NCBI GenBank assembly: GCA_963755915.1
Contig: CAVWLP010000003.1
Span: 608,001-672,000, forward strand
From: an uncultured Phycisphaerales bacterium
GTDB lineage: Bacteria; Planctomycetota; Phycisphaerae; Tepidisphaerales; Tepidisphaeraceae
DNA length: 64,000 nucleotides
Direction of reading: 5' to 3'
Position 1 is the first letter of the stretch. The number at the start of each line of letters is the position of its first letter. Shown in pieces: positions 10,358-20,571 of this stretch. The notes under the pieces are model-generated. The model had not been told where the DNA came from and made no database searches. It saw only the letters and a program-made list of their open reading frames with translations. A program made the translations under genes and the position numbers.

Positions 10358-10456
10358 GGCCGTATCATACTGCAAGCGGAATGTTGAAGCGTGTTCCGAC
10401 GGGAAACGAAAGCCCAAAATCGCGGACCAGACACTCCAGCAATTCGTCGGGGTCGG

Positions 10457-11121
10457 CTATCTGTTTCGTGGATAAAATTTCCCCGCCGCGGCGATATGGG
10501 TGAATTCGCTATTTTGCAACGAATATCGCTCGTTATTGGAGCCGGCGCGGGCGACCATCAATGCATTGCGAAACCGCGAATTGGGATGGGTGCTGGTAAA
10601 CCAGTTGGCCAGCTCCCGATCGATCAGCGGCATTTCCTCCAGCGTGAACTCGCAAACGTCCGACCATGTATCCCCCGGCCGCCCGTCTTGCAGGCGCATC
10701 TGGTGGAAATATTTGCCCTCCTCGAAGGTGATTCGCCGCGGCTCGTGCAGCGTCGCCTGCTCCAGATCGGGAACGAGACGGAGCGGCGCCGTGGGTGAAA
10801 ACGCCCCAATCCCCACATCGACAAGCCACGATTCGCCGTCGATTTCAACGCGAAGAAAACAGTGGGTGCGCGGCGGCGTAACTCCGCCGGGGCGACCAGC
10901 CGTACTCGCGCCGAAATTGGCACAACCTTGAATCCGGTCGTCTCCAGAACATGAAGGAGAAAACCATTCTGCTCGAAGCAATAACCGCCGCGGTGATTGT
11001 GGACGATTTTCCGCTCCAGTGCTTCGGGCGAAAGCTCGATTGGCCGGCCGAGCAGAACATCGAGATTTTCAAACGGCACCGATTGAGTGTGATGCTCGAC
11101 GAGCGATTTCAGCACTGCCAT
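10457..11121 (-). CDS. Arylamine N-acetyltransferase (frameshifted; ends uncertain)
   Basis: VPFENLD, RGGYCFEQNG, then PRTHCFLRVEIDGESWLVDVGIG in a second frame (Cys-His-Asp triad). Confidence 0.85.
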
Positions 11122-11197
11122 CGTGGCGCAACTTCTCCGCGGTAACCGATCCGGCGGCAGTATGCGGAAACGTCAACACCAGCCATGAACGCCGCTC

Positions 11198-11935
11198 CTA
11201 CTTCTTCCCATACTCATCCTTCCGCCGAATCCAGAACGAAGATTCATTGCGCCCTTCGGCGCGCGGTCGAGCCATTGATATATGCCCCAGAGCCCGTCTA
11301 ACCCGCGCATAGGCCGAATAGGTGTGATAGACCGCTCTGTCCTCCACCACAAACGAGCTCATCCCCGGCCTTTCGCGGGCGAACGTCGCGAGGTCTGTGC
11401 CGGTCATCGCAGCCACTTGCGCCCCTCCGCCCGGTCCGGGTTTTTCGCGGCGATAGTTGTAATCGATTCCCTGCTTCTGCTGCTCATCGGTAAAGAAAAC
11501 GCTGAAGTCGGCGTTGAAATCATTCGCCGCCGACGACGCCCAGGGAAACGTCCACCCCATCCGCCGCTTGTATGGCTGGAGCTTCACCAGCGGCGCTCGC
11601 GACACCGCCCAGAGCATCACGTCGTGATTGGCCAGGTGCGCGGCAATTCCATTAAACCCGTCCGCGATCGACGTGCATGCCGGGCAACCGCCGGTGTAAT
11701 CGGGCCCGAACATAAAATGATAAACCAGGAGCTGCGAGCGGCCTTTGAAAAGATCGGCCAGCGACGCGATGCCGTCGTCGGTCTCGAACTTGTATTGTTT
11801 CTCGATCCGCACCCACGGCAGCTCCTGCCGCTTGCGCGCGACCTCGTTGCTGCGATGGGTCAGTTCTTTCTCCTCTTTGAGCAGTTCAACGCGGGCTGCG
11901 AGCCACTGCTCGCGAGTTGCGATTTTGTGTGACAT
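11198..11935 (-). CDS. DUF899 family thioredoxin-like protein
   Basis: WLAARVELLKEEKELT, LPWV, LLVYHFMFGP...GCPACT, RMGWTFPWAS; AGGAG Shine-Dalgarno. Confidence 0.9.
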   Translation of the reverse strand: MSHKIATREQWLAARVELLKEEKELTHRSNEVARKRQELPWVRIEKQYKFETDDGIASLADLFKGRSQLLVYHFMFGPDYTGGCPACTSIADGFNGIAAHLANHDVMLWAVSRAPLVKLQPYKRRMGWTFPWASSAANDFNADFSVFFTDEQQKQGIDYNYRREKPGPGGGAQVAAMTGTDLATFARERPGMSSFVVEDRAVYHTYSAYARVRRALGHISMARPRAEGRNESSFWIRRKDEYGKK

Positions 11936-12036
11936 GGGGCGCTCTCCTTTTTGTTAGGCCGGAATAAGACAGTTATATGTCGCAATCGCCCAATAGTCAG
12001 CGTGATTTAAGGGGCGCTCGTCGATATAGTCTGCCA

Positions 12037-12840
12037 ATGCATTTCCAATCGCGCCTGTGCGTTTCTGCCGCGGTTATCACCGCGGGAATGATCTTCGGCA
12101 TCGCCATCCTCCACCTGATCGCGAAATACGAGCAGCGGCTGGGGGGTCTGTCGAAGACGATCTGCCGGGCGCCGTGTCTCGACTGGATCATCACCTATTT
12201 TACGGTTCTGCCGCTGATTGTCGGCTCAATCTTTTTCGGATTCGCGGGGTTGCTGGGCGCGTTGATCGGGCAGGTGTTCACCATCCTCGTCTGGACGCGC
12301 TATCACGAATGGCGTCACCCGCAGGCGGCGCGCGGGCCGCGGATCGTCAAATTCGTCAATCGGCTGATCGGCCCGTGGCGCAATCATGCGGCGCTGTGGC
12401 TGACCATGACCGTCAGCCCGATCTTCTGGCTGATCCGCATGGCGGAAATTTTTATGTATCCCCTGCTTCGCCGGCTCGTGGGCTTTCCGAAATACAACGA
12501 AGCCGAATGGGTCAGCGTCTCCCGGCAGAAATTCGCGGGTTTGGTCGGGCACGATCTGATCTGGTGCCTTTACTGCGATTGGATGACGGGCGTCTGGTCG
12601 CTGGGCACGGAGATCCTGCGCAATGTTGAGTCGTTCTGGTGTCCGATCCGATTCGGGAACGCGGCCAAATGCCGCAACTGCACGATCGACTTTCCCGACA
12701 TCGACGGCGGTTGGGTCGAGGCATCGGGCACGATGCAGGAAGTTTACGACGCGATGGTGGAAAAACATTCCAACGGTTTCCACGGCTGGTTCGGGCACTC
12801 CGTGCGGGTGACGGTAAAGGGAGCAGCGATCGCAAATTAG
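12037..12840 (+). CDS. Uncharacterised membrane protein with Cys motifs
   Basis: Several TM segments; WCLYCDW...ESFWCPIRF...KCRNC; TATAGT-N6-ATG start. Confidence 0.7.
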   Translation: MHFQSRLCVSAAVITAGMIFGIAILHLIAKYEQRLGGLSKTICRAPCLDWIITYFTVLPLIVGSIFFGFAGLLGALIGQVFTILVWTRYHEWRHPQAARGPRIVKFVNRLIGPWRNHAALWLTMTVSPIFWLIRMAEIFMYPLLRRLVGFPKYNEAEWVSVSRQKFAGLVGHDLIWCLYCDWMTGVWSLGTEILRNVESFWCPIRFGNAAKCRNCTIDFPDIDGGWVEASGTMQEVYDAMVEKHSNGFHGWFGHSVRVTVKGAAIAN

Positions 12841-12952
12841 CCGACGGTGAGAATGAGGGATCGGCCAACCGACTTTTTGTTCCCGCCCCTTGATTGCTTC
12901 ACCACGTCGCCCGGTTCTATAATTGCGTGGGAGCTCGGCGAAGGGAGGCAAC

Positions 12953-13942
12953 GATGGCCGGATTGACTCGTCTGTGCGCCCTCGGATTGGCGCTGGGGCT
13001 TTTGTTCGCATCCGGCGCCGGGGCAGGGCAGCCGGCCGATCCCAGATTTCCGTTTTCCGTGCACGGCGAGTTCGGGGCGAGCTGGTTTCAAGGGGGGGAC
13101 GCACTGGTTATTCAAGAGATTCATGGGTCCATCAAAGACTTCAAGGCCGGGGGGATCTATCAGATCAAAGGAAAATACCGGCTGCTCACGCAGCCGCAGG
13201 CGACGCTGCAAGCGGGCGTGACCGCGGCCAATGGAAACGCGCCCATGCTTAGCCCGGAGCAAAGCTTGCAGATTTGCGCGGCATTGGAGATTTCGTTTTG
13301 GTCCTGCCCTATCTGAATGAAGGCCGCCCTACCATCAGCTTTATCTCCACGGATCCAAGCAACGGGAGCGTTGAGAACGTGAGCCTGACGCCGGATCAAT
13401 TCCCATTGATCGCTGCGTTCAAACAGACGGGCGCGAATTTGCAGAAACACGATTCGCTTGTCATCCGGCAGATTCGCGCATCAAGCGCCGCCCTGGCGGC
13501 AGGCGGGAAGATTCAGATCTGGGGAACTCTTACGCTGGCCAGCCAGGACCTCGGTTTGCTGGTGGCAGGGACGACGCGGGAGGCTTCGGCCGATGGAAAC
13601 AATCTTGTGCAGATTGGTCCAGGCAAGGGAACATTCACGCTGGAAATGACGTTAGGTCTGCGCCCGACGGGCCAAATCGGGATTTGGCAGATCGGCAGCG
13701 CCGGCACTCCGTTTGACAGCGTGACGTTTGAAATCGAGAAAACGAAAGCCGCGCCGGCCACGCAGCCGGCGCTGGCCATGGGGCCAAATTCCGGCGACAG
13801 CTCGAACAACATCAGTTGGGACGCTGAGGCGGAAGGCGGAGCGCAGATCAACGAAATACCGTCGGGGCCGGGGATTCCGCGACCGCCGGGGCCGCCAGTG
13901 AATCGGATTGTGATTCCGGTGGGCGGAGGGGCGGGGAGGTAG
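12953..13942 (+). CDS. Hypothetical secreted protein (frameshift near 13275)
   Basis: GGAGG SD, MAGLTRLCALGLALGLLFASGAGA signal peptide; two similar Ig-like segments (YQIKGKYRL / IQIWGTLTL) split between ORFs 12894 and 13274. Confidence 0.55.
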
Positions 13943-13971
13943 TTGGGGGGCCGGGGGCGATGAATTCCAAC

Positions 13972-13996
13972 CCCACGCCGGCGGCGTGGGCGTTCC
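13972..13996 (-). repeat. REP-like palindrome (family B), upstream of the HUH transposase
   Basis: Plus strand CCCACGCC-GGC-GGCGTGGG-CGTTCC: perfect 8-bp stem with a GGAACG tail on the minus strand. Confidence 0.8.
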
Positions 13997-14039
13997 TAGA
14001 AATTGAAATCTCATCGACGTTTGGGATAACCTTGTGGCC

Positions 14040-14638
14040 ATGGGCAATGAGGCGTGGGAGGCATGGTTTCACTGCATGTGCAATACATACGGCACGTGGA
14101 TTCGGGGCGATGCACGCGGGTGGCGCGAGCGTGACCACCGCAAGCACGTGGACGGTGATTACCGCCGGCCACCCGAACCCGGCACGTTTGAGAAAATTCA
14201 GGCAGCATCCCGGCAACTGATGCAAAGACCGCCGGTCCGGCTCGATCGACAATTGCGCCAGTTGGCACTCAAAGCGATTGTGGAATGCCTCGTCGGCGAC
14301 GGAGTCCTGGTTCTGGTTGCCTGCCTCGACGCTTCACATTTACATGTTCTGGCGAGCTTTAAGGATCTCCGCCCTCGCCGCAAATTGGCTGGGCGAAGCT
14401 CCACGCAACGAAGCAAGTCAAAGCGTATTGGAACGCCCACGGCGCCGCCGTGGGGCATTTCCCAAACCTGAAAGTCGGCGACGGAATCTGGGGCAAACGC
14501 TCGCAATGCTGCCCCATCCGCGACCGACAACATCGACTCAATTCCCTCAACTACATCGCCGGTCACAAAAAATCGGATGCGGCACTCTGGCTCTACCCAG
14601 ACCTGGGAAAGAGGCGGAAAAGGAATGAGAGGGCGTAA
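14040..14638 (+). CDS. REP-associated tyrosine transposase-like (HUH/Y1, IS200 fold); one frameshift near 14388
   Basis: FHCMCNTYGTWIRGDARGW; HLH (HUH motif); after the shift GWAKLHATKQ...IWGKRS...LNYIAGH (candidate catalytic Tyr). Confidence 0.7.
14430..14454 (+). repeat. REP-like palindrome (family B), inside the transposase CDS
   Basis: GGAACG-CCCACGGC-GCC-GCCGTGGG; exact reverse complement of 19244-19268. Confidence 0.8.
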
Positions 14639-14686
14639 CTGATAAATGATCAGCGATGTCTCTCGTTCAGCTTCCTTTATCCGCTT

Positions 14687-15538
14687 CTACTTAATCATCG
14701 TCCAATGCTTATAAAACACCCTTCTCACCGGCGACATGATTAACCGGATCCCCGTAATGACCGCACTGAAAAACCATGGAATGAGCGACGGCCGGAGGAT
14801 GTCCACGAACAGGCAATAGCGCACCCCGTCCGACTCGTTGTGCGATTCGTGCTGCAAGGTATCGTCGAAGATGAACAGCTTGTTGTCCCGCCAGCGGTTC
14901 ACGTGATCGCCCACCTGCACGTAGACGTTGGGATCGTCGATGGTGTTGATGTTGTAGAGCATCCGGTAGGTCACGCGCAGCGGGCCGTAGTGCTTGGCGG
15001 TCGATTGCCGCTTGTTGAAAATCGATACGCCGATGGTGCGGATATATCGGTAGCGGGTCTTGAACTCCGGAATGTCCAGAGAGGTTGGAATCATCTTTCC
15101 ATACCACTGGAAAAAGAACATCCCGCGCTTGTTTTCGCCCAGCTTGCTTTCCAGCGCGCCGACCAGGTCGCGGTGGTGGCAGGCATCGATCAGCGCCTGC
15201 ACCTCGGCCTGGTATCCCTTGGGCAAATCGCCGATCTGGTAAATCCCCTTATTCCAATACGGCAGCGACAGCAGATCCATGAGGATATTGAAAGGCGAGA
15301 AGACCCACGTCAGCATTCCGTTGCCAAAGAAATATCGCTGAATCGTTTCCCCGCGGATGGGCCGATTGCGCAGCACGTCGATCATGCCGAGTATCGCAAA
15401 GGCGATCAAAATCTTGGGGACGAAATAGGCGAGCAAACCGAGGGGAATGAGCCGCTTGAGGACTTTTTTTGTGTAGCGGAGAACCTTTGACTTCTTACGG
15501 GGCGGAGATGACAAAACGAGAGTCTGGGCCTCGGTCAT
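14687..15538 (-). CDS. Aspartyl/asparaginyl beta-hydroxylase family (LpxO-like) protein
   Basis: N-terminal TM; SPFNILMD; HYGPLRVTYR; FDDTLQHESHN; CLFVDILRP. Confidence 0.85.
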   Translation of the reverse strand: MTEAQTLVLSSPPRKKSKVLRYTKKVLKRLIPLGLLAYFVPKILIAFAILGMIDVLRNRPIRGETIQRYFFGNGMLTWVFSPFNILMDLLSLPYWNKGIYQIGDLPKGYQAEVQALIDACHHRDLVGALESKLGENKRGMFFFQWYGKMIPTSLDIPEFKTRYRYIRTIGVSIFNKRQSTAKHYGPLRVTYRMLYNINTIDDPNVYVQVGDHVNRWRDNKLFIFDDTLQHESHNESDGVRYCLFVDILRPSLIPWFFSAVITGIRLIMSPVRRVFYKHWTMIK

Positions 15539-15784
15539 GACTATCCTTCCCTTTCGCAAGAGGCTCCCGATCGTCCCAAACGGATGCGCAGACGCGAGCC
15601 TTCTTTCATTGACGCTTCACAAAACAAATTTGCCGACCATTCTAGGCGGCAATCTTAGCGTGTTCCGTTGAGCGGTTACAGTATTTTTGAATTATTTGGT
15701 TGGGCGTCACGTGCGAGGAATGAGGCGGATCAAGCCTGGACCCTTTTCGCCGCGTTTCTACCGCACCGGGTGGGCATAAAACAT

Positions 15785-16978
15785 TCACGCATATGAGCTC
15801 GATGATTTCGCCCCGCGCGCCGCTCGCGCGGCTTCGCGCTCTTGCGCAACGCGCGATTCGTATCCGCTGGCGCGGTATGCCTCCAGCGGATTCGGATCGA
15901 TATTCTTTTTCTTTCGCCACTGCGCCAGCAGGGGCCGGACATCGGTGGCGTAGGCATCGCGCAGGCACTGCTCGGCATCGACAATGTTCATCCGCGCCTG
16001 GGCGTCGCGCAGCTTTTCGCGGTCGACCAGGCACGCCTTGGCGTAGAGCTCCTGCGCGGTCATGACGGTTTGAATCATCGCCTCGATCTTCGGCTTGAGG
16101 TTGTGGCTCTGGTCGATCATGTAGGCGACCTCCGACACATTCTGATTCCGCAGCTCGGCGGCCGTGCGGATTTCGTGAAAGATACGGAAGACCGCGTAGG
16201 GGTCGATGCTTCCCAGCGTCAGGTCGTCATCGGCATATTTGCGGTCGTTGAAGTGGAAGCCGCCGAGCATCTCCTCATCGAGCAGAAACGCGACGATCTG
16301 CTCGATGTTGGTGCCCTGAAGATGGTGCCCGGTGTCGACGAGCACGCGGGCGTTGGGCCCGGCGTCTTTCGCGAAGACGTAGCTCATCCCCCAGTCGGCA
16401 ATGTCGGTGTGATAAAACGCCGGCTCAAAGGGCTTGTATTCGACCAGCATTTTCATGCCGCGCGGCATGGCGTCGTGCCATTGGCGGAGGGCGCCGTGCA
16501 TGCGCTGCTTGCGGGAAACGATGTCGTCCTGGCCGGGATAGTTGGTGCCATCGGCGAACCAGAGACTGAGCAGATTGCTCTTCACCGCTTTGGCGATGGC
16601 GATGCAGTCCATGAGGTGGCGATGGGCGTGGACGCGGACGGATTCATCGGGCGAGCAGACGGAGCCGAACTTGTAGACCTGGTCCTGGAAGAGGTTGGGG
16701 TTGATGGATCCGATGCGGACGCCATTTTTGGCGGCGACGGATGCGGTGGCGGTGGCGTCGACACCGACGGAGAAATCCCACAGCACATGGACGGCCACAG
16801 TTGGGCAGCAGCCGGTCAAGCGATGGACGACACCGGCGTCGGCGAGCTTTTCCTCGATGGTGGAGGCGGCAGCGGGCTGGAGGAATTTGCCGAAGCGGGT
16901 GCCGGTGTCGGAATAGCCCCAGCTTGGGGTTTCGATGTTGAACTCGTCGAGAAGCGAAAAAAGTTTTTCGGGAGCCAT
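15785..16978 (-). CDS. rhaI: L-rhamnose isomerase (RhaI type)
   Basis: IETPSWGY..TGTRF, LWFADGTNYPGQ, VEYKPFEPAFYHTDIADWG, VDTGHH, GGFHFNDRKYADDDL, MIDQSHNLK. Confidence 0.92.
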   Translation of the reverse strand: MAPEKLFSLLDEFNIETPSWGYSDTGTRFGKFLQPAAASTIEEKLADAGVVHRLTGCCPTVAVHVLWDFSVGVDATATASVAAKNGVRIGSINPNLFQDQVYKFGSVCSPDESVRVHAHRHLMDCIAIAKAVKSNLLSLWFADGTNYPGQDDIVSRKQRMHGALRQWHDAMPRGMKMLVEYKPFEPAFYHTDIADWGMSYVFAKDAGPNARVLVDTGHHLQGTNIEQIVAFLLDEEMLGGFHFNDRKYADDDLTLGSIDPYAVFRIFHEIRTAAELRNQNVSEVAYMIDQSHNLKPKIEAMIQTVMTAQELYAKACLVDREKLRDAQARMNIVDAEQCLRDAYATDVRPLLAQWRKKKNIDPNPLEAYRASGYESRVAQEREAARAARGAKSSSSYA

Positions 16979-17072
16979 AGCGGAAATCATAGGAATACAG
17001 CGCGCGAAAGCGAAGTCTAGTCTTGGGTCGCACCAGGAGTCTTTTTTCGTCTTTGAATTTTGGAGGAAGAAA

Positions 17073-18173
17073 ATGAAAGCAAGAGCAAACAGCAGCGATC
17101 TTGCCCACATTGAAAACCTGGAAAAACGGGTTTTGTTTTCGACGTCGTTCCTGTCACAACTTACGCCCACGCCGACGGTTACAGGAAGCACGGTGCCTGC
17201 GAATGGGGATGCGAATCCGTATGGGGTGGCGTTTGTGCCGGGATATGCCGCGGGCGGGAAGCTGGTTGCGGGGGATGTGCTGGTTTCGAATTTCAACAGC
17301 GCGACGGCTGGGCAGGGAGCGGGGACGACGATTGTTGAGATCAATCCGAAGACGGGGGCGCAGAGTTTGTTCTTCCAAGGCCAAAGCGGATTGGGTTTGA
17401 CGACGGCGCTGGGGGTTTTGCCGGGAGGGTTTGTGCTGGTGGGGAATGTGGCGCAGAACCCGATGAATCCGTCGCTGCCGGAGGGGCATGGGTCGCTGCT
17501 GATTATCAATCGGTATGGGCAGGTGGTGAAGACGCTGGTGGATCCGAAATTGCTGGATGGGCCGTGGGATCTGACCGTCGTTAATAATGGGTTTATTCAG
17601 ACGGTGTTTATTTCGAACGTGCTCAACGGAACGGTATCACGGTTGGATTTTCTGGATGATCCATTTGGGTTTGGGACGGGGAATCAGCTTGTTCTGCTCG
17701 ACAAGACGCAGGTGGCATCCGGGTATCAATTCGGGCTGAATAGCGCGGCGTTCGTCGTGGGGCCAACGGGGTTGGCGTTCGATCAGTTTACCAACACGCT
17801 TTATGTGGCTTCGACTGAAGACAACGCGATTTATGCGGTGGGCGATGCGGAATTTTCGTTTCCGCATAGCGGGACGGGGAGACTGGTGTTCAGCAGTCCG
17901 CAGTTGCGCGGGCCGCTGGCGCTGGGATTTGCGCCCAATGGGGATTTGCTGACGGCGAATGGGGATGCGTTTAATGCGGATACGAGCACCGTGAACCCGC
18001 AGAACAGCGAGATCGTGGAGTTTACGCCGAGCGGGCATTATGTGACGGAGTTCCAGATCGACCCGGCGGCGGGCGGGGCGTTTGGATTTGCGCTGGAACA
18101 GGTGGGGAATCAAACCGTATTCGCGGCGGTGGATGATAATACGAACTCGCTGGATATCTGGTGGGTGAGCTAA
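17073..18173 (+). CDS. Secreted beta-propeller/NHL-like protein with planctomycete LEPR-xLL-type leader
   Basis: GGAGG SD; IENLEKRVLFS; repeated NPYGVAF / GPWDLTV / GPTGLAFD / GPLALGF blades. Confidence 0.7.
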   Translation: MKARANSSDLAHIENLEKRVLFSTSFLSQLTPTPTVTGSTVPANGDANPYGVAFVPGYAAGGKLVAGDVLVSNFNSATAGQGAGTTIVEINPKTGAQSLFFQGQSGLGLTTALGVLPGGFVLVGNVAQNPMNPSLPEGHGSLLIINRYGQVVKTLVDPKLLDGPWDLTVVNNGFIQTVFISNVLNGTVSRLDFLDDPFGFGTGNQLVLLDKTQVASGYQFGLNSAAFVVGPTGLAFDQFTNTLYVASTEDNAIYAVGDAEFSFPHSGTGRLVFSSPQLRGPLALGFAPNGDLLTANGDAFNADTSTVNPQNSEIVEFTPSGHYVTEFQIDPAAGGAFGFALEQVGNQTVFAAVDDNTNSLDIWWVS

Positions 18174-18182
18174 AGCTGGAGG

Positions 18183-18826
18183 TTACTGCAACAGGTAAAC
18201 CTGCACGATGCCGGGGCCGTGGACGCCGGTGACGAGGGCGCCTTCGATGTCGGCGGTTTTGCTCGGACCGGTGATGAGGGTGATGGCGGGGTGATCTTCC
18301 CGGATTTTTTCGAAAAGGTCGATCAGGTCGGGGAGGATGTTGGAGGGTTCGACGATGGCGATGTGCATGGGGGGGACGAGGGAGATGGCGCGGCCGTGGG
18401 TCGGGCTGGGGCGGATGGCAAGGGAGCCGGTTTCGGCGACGGCGGCGAAGACGTCGGTGATGCCGCAGTCGAGGTCGTAGGCGGCGTCGAGGGTGGATTG
18501 ATCCCAGAAATGGATGGTGTTGCCAGCGTCTCGCAGGGCCTGGGGGATTCCGAGGCGATCGAAAAGCGGGGAATTGGGGAGGCCGATATTTTTGCACTGG
18601 TTGAGGCGCAGAAATTCGATCAGATTGGGGCAGATTTCGGATTGGGGGATTTTTCGAGGCGGAAATTGGCGGCGACGGCCGACTTGGCGAAGAGTTCGAC
18701 GAGGTCGGCGTCTTTGGGAACCAGACGCGCGACGGAATCGGGGATGGAAGGGGGAGTTGGAGGAGAGGTGAGCGGGGTGGTGCGGCCGAGGGCGCGACGG
18801 ACGAGTTCGATCAACGAGTCGCTCAT
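18183..18826 (-). CDS. lutC: LutC/YkgG LUD-domain protein (frameshifted)
   Basis: C-terminal ITGPSKTADIEGALVTGVHGP; downstream of lutAB. Confidence 0.85.
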
Positions 18827-18834
18827 TTCGATTC

Positions 18835-20571
18835 CTAATGGGAGCTCACCGCCGCGAGGGCGGCGGGAGTGCAGGCGTAGAGAGTTCGATTCTGGTCCAG
18901 GTCCACGTATACCACGGGTAAATTCAACGAAGCCGGGGTGAGAAGGTAAGGGAGGGCGCCGGATTGTGCCAGTTGGGAGGCGAGGGATTGCCAGTTGGTT
19001 TGGGTGGCGGGGTAGGAGGAGCGGTCGGTATAGAATTCGACGACCTTGTTTTCGAGGCGCTGGTGCTCGTCGACGAGGAAGGCGGCGTTTTCGGGGAGTT
19101 TTGCCGAGAATTCGGCGAGGTGGGGAAAGCCCGGGGATTGGGCGTTGATGGAGGTGACGTCGAAGGCGACGACGGCGTAGCCCCGGGGTTTGTGGGAGAT
19201 TGCGAAATTCAGGGTGAGGAAGATTGTGGCGAGGGAAGAAAGACCCACGGCGGCGCCGTGGGCGTTCCGGGAAAGGTTTACCTTGCTCAGTGCGACGCCG
19301 GCAGCGAGGGCGATGGCGGCTTGGGCGAGGACCCAGAGGTGCTCGCGCATGACGTAGGCGAAGGGGAGGTCGGTGCGGCCCCAGTTTTCGCCGCCAGTGG
19401 GGATGGATTTTTCGGTGAGGAAGATGGCGGCGAGGAGCATGGAGGTGAGCCAGGCGGCGAGGGAGACGGCGTCGCGGCGGAGGGCGCGGGAGATGAGGTC
19501 GGCGAAGATGAGCCAGAGGGGGGGCCAGCCGATGAGGGTGGCGCACATGGGTTTGGAGGTGGCGAGGAGGTTGGGGGTGATGACGCCGACGGCCCAGGCG
19601 AGGAGGAGGATTTGCTCGAAGCGTTTTTCACGCCGGGTGTGGTATAGGAAGATGATGACCGAGGCGAGGATGGCGGGATAGAAGACGTGGAAGATGCTGA
19701 TCCAGTAGTAGAAGACGACCTGGTCCCAAGGAGCGGCCCAGTTTTCGACATTTTCGTTCAGGTGCTGGAGGATCTGGAGGTTTTCGTGGGCGAATTCGTG
19801 GGGGAAGCGGATGGCAGTGTAGAGGAGCCAGGGGAGGAGGGTTAGTGCGGTTGAAATCAAAAGCGTTGCGATTTTTTTTGGGCCGAGTTTTCGCCAAGCG
19901 ACCAGTGCGAGGAGGGTGACGATGAGGGCGGGGTAGGTTTTGGAGAGGAAGGCTAATCCCTGGGTGATACCGCAAATAACGATATTAATCTTCGAATGTT
20001 TTTGTAGGCCCTCACCCCTGCCCTCTCCCAGAGTACTGGGAGAGGGGGAAAGAGGGGCTAAGGCGAGAATCAGGAAATAGATAGAGAGTTCGGTCCAGAA
20101 GAGGAGGGAGATGTCGACGTGGTCGGAGAAGACGTAGCCTTGGACCAGCATCAGGATTACAGGGTTGAAGGCCTGGAGAGCGGTGGCGATGAGGGCGGCG
20201 GGACGATCCAACAGGCGGACGCCTATCAGGTAGGTGAGCCAGCAAGCTAACGTCGAGAGGATCGCGGAGGGGAGGCGGAGGGAGAGAGTGGTTACGCCGA
20301 CGATGGAATCGAAGAGGGCGATTTGCCACATGGCCAGGGGGGGTTTGTGGAGCCAGATGTGGTTGGAGGTCCAGTCGTTGGGGTTGTAGGGGAGATAAGG
20401 GTGGTCGACCAGGGTGGGGGTGAAGGGGTGTTTGAGGAAATTTCTTGCGACGATGGCGTGGAAGACTTCGTCGAGAGGTTTGATGGCGGGATGGTCGAGA
20501 TGACGGAGCTTCAGCGCGAAGGAGGCGGCGAGGATAACGAGCAGAAGCGAGCCGGAAGTGCGCCGACTCAC
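18835..20571 (-). CDS. ArnT/PMT (GT39/GT83-like) membrane glycosyltransferase
   Basis: PLDEVFH, WLHKPPLAMWQIAL, SLRLPSA, GLAFLSK, LPWL; multiple TM helices. Confidence 0.85.
   Translation of the reverse strand: MSRRTSGSLLLVILAASFALKLRHLDHPAIKPLDEVFHAIVARNFLKHPFTPTLVDHPYLPYNPNDWTSNHIWLHKPPLAMWQIALFDSIVGVTTLSLRLPSAILSTLACWLTYLIGVRLLDRPAALIATALQAFNPVILMLVQGYVFSDHVDISLLFWTELSIYFLILALAPLSPSPSTLGEGRGEGLQKHSKINIVICGITQGLAFLSKTYPALIVTLLALVAWRKLGPKKIATLLISTALTLLPWLLYTAIRFPHEFAHENLQILQHLNENVENWAAPWDQVVFYYWISIFHVFYPAILASVIIFLYHTRREKRFEQILLLAWAVGVITPNLLATSKPMCATLIGWPPLWLIFADLISRALRRDAVSLAAWLTSMLLAAIFLTEKSIPTGGENWGRTDLPFAYVMREHLWVLAQAAIALAAGVALSKVNLSRNAHGAAVGLSSLATIFLTLNFAISHKPRGYAVVAFDVTSINAQSPGFPHLAEFSAKLPENAAFLVDEHQRLENKVVEFYTDRSSYPATQTNWQSLASQLAQSGALPYLLTPASLNLPVVYVDLDQNRTLYACTPAALAAVSSH
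19244..19268 (-). repeat. REP-like palindrome (family B), in-frame in the ArnT-like gene
   Basis: Plus strand CCCACGGCGGCGCCGTGGGCGTTCC; translates as NAHGAAVG. Confidence 0.8.
20006..20057 (+). repeat. BoxC-like palindrome (family A), in-frame in the ArnT-like gene
   Basis: AGGCCCTCACCCCTGCCCTCTCCCAGAGTACTGGGAGAGGGGG; translates on the minus strand as PLSPSPSTLGEGRGEGL. Confidence 0.85.

Noticed and set aside
13972-14454. Inverted family B copies as terminal inverted repeats of an IS
   Set aside because: The second copy lies inside the transposase CDS, upstream of the candidate catalytic Tyr; there is no target duplication; HUH enzymes do not use TIRs.
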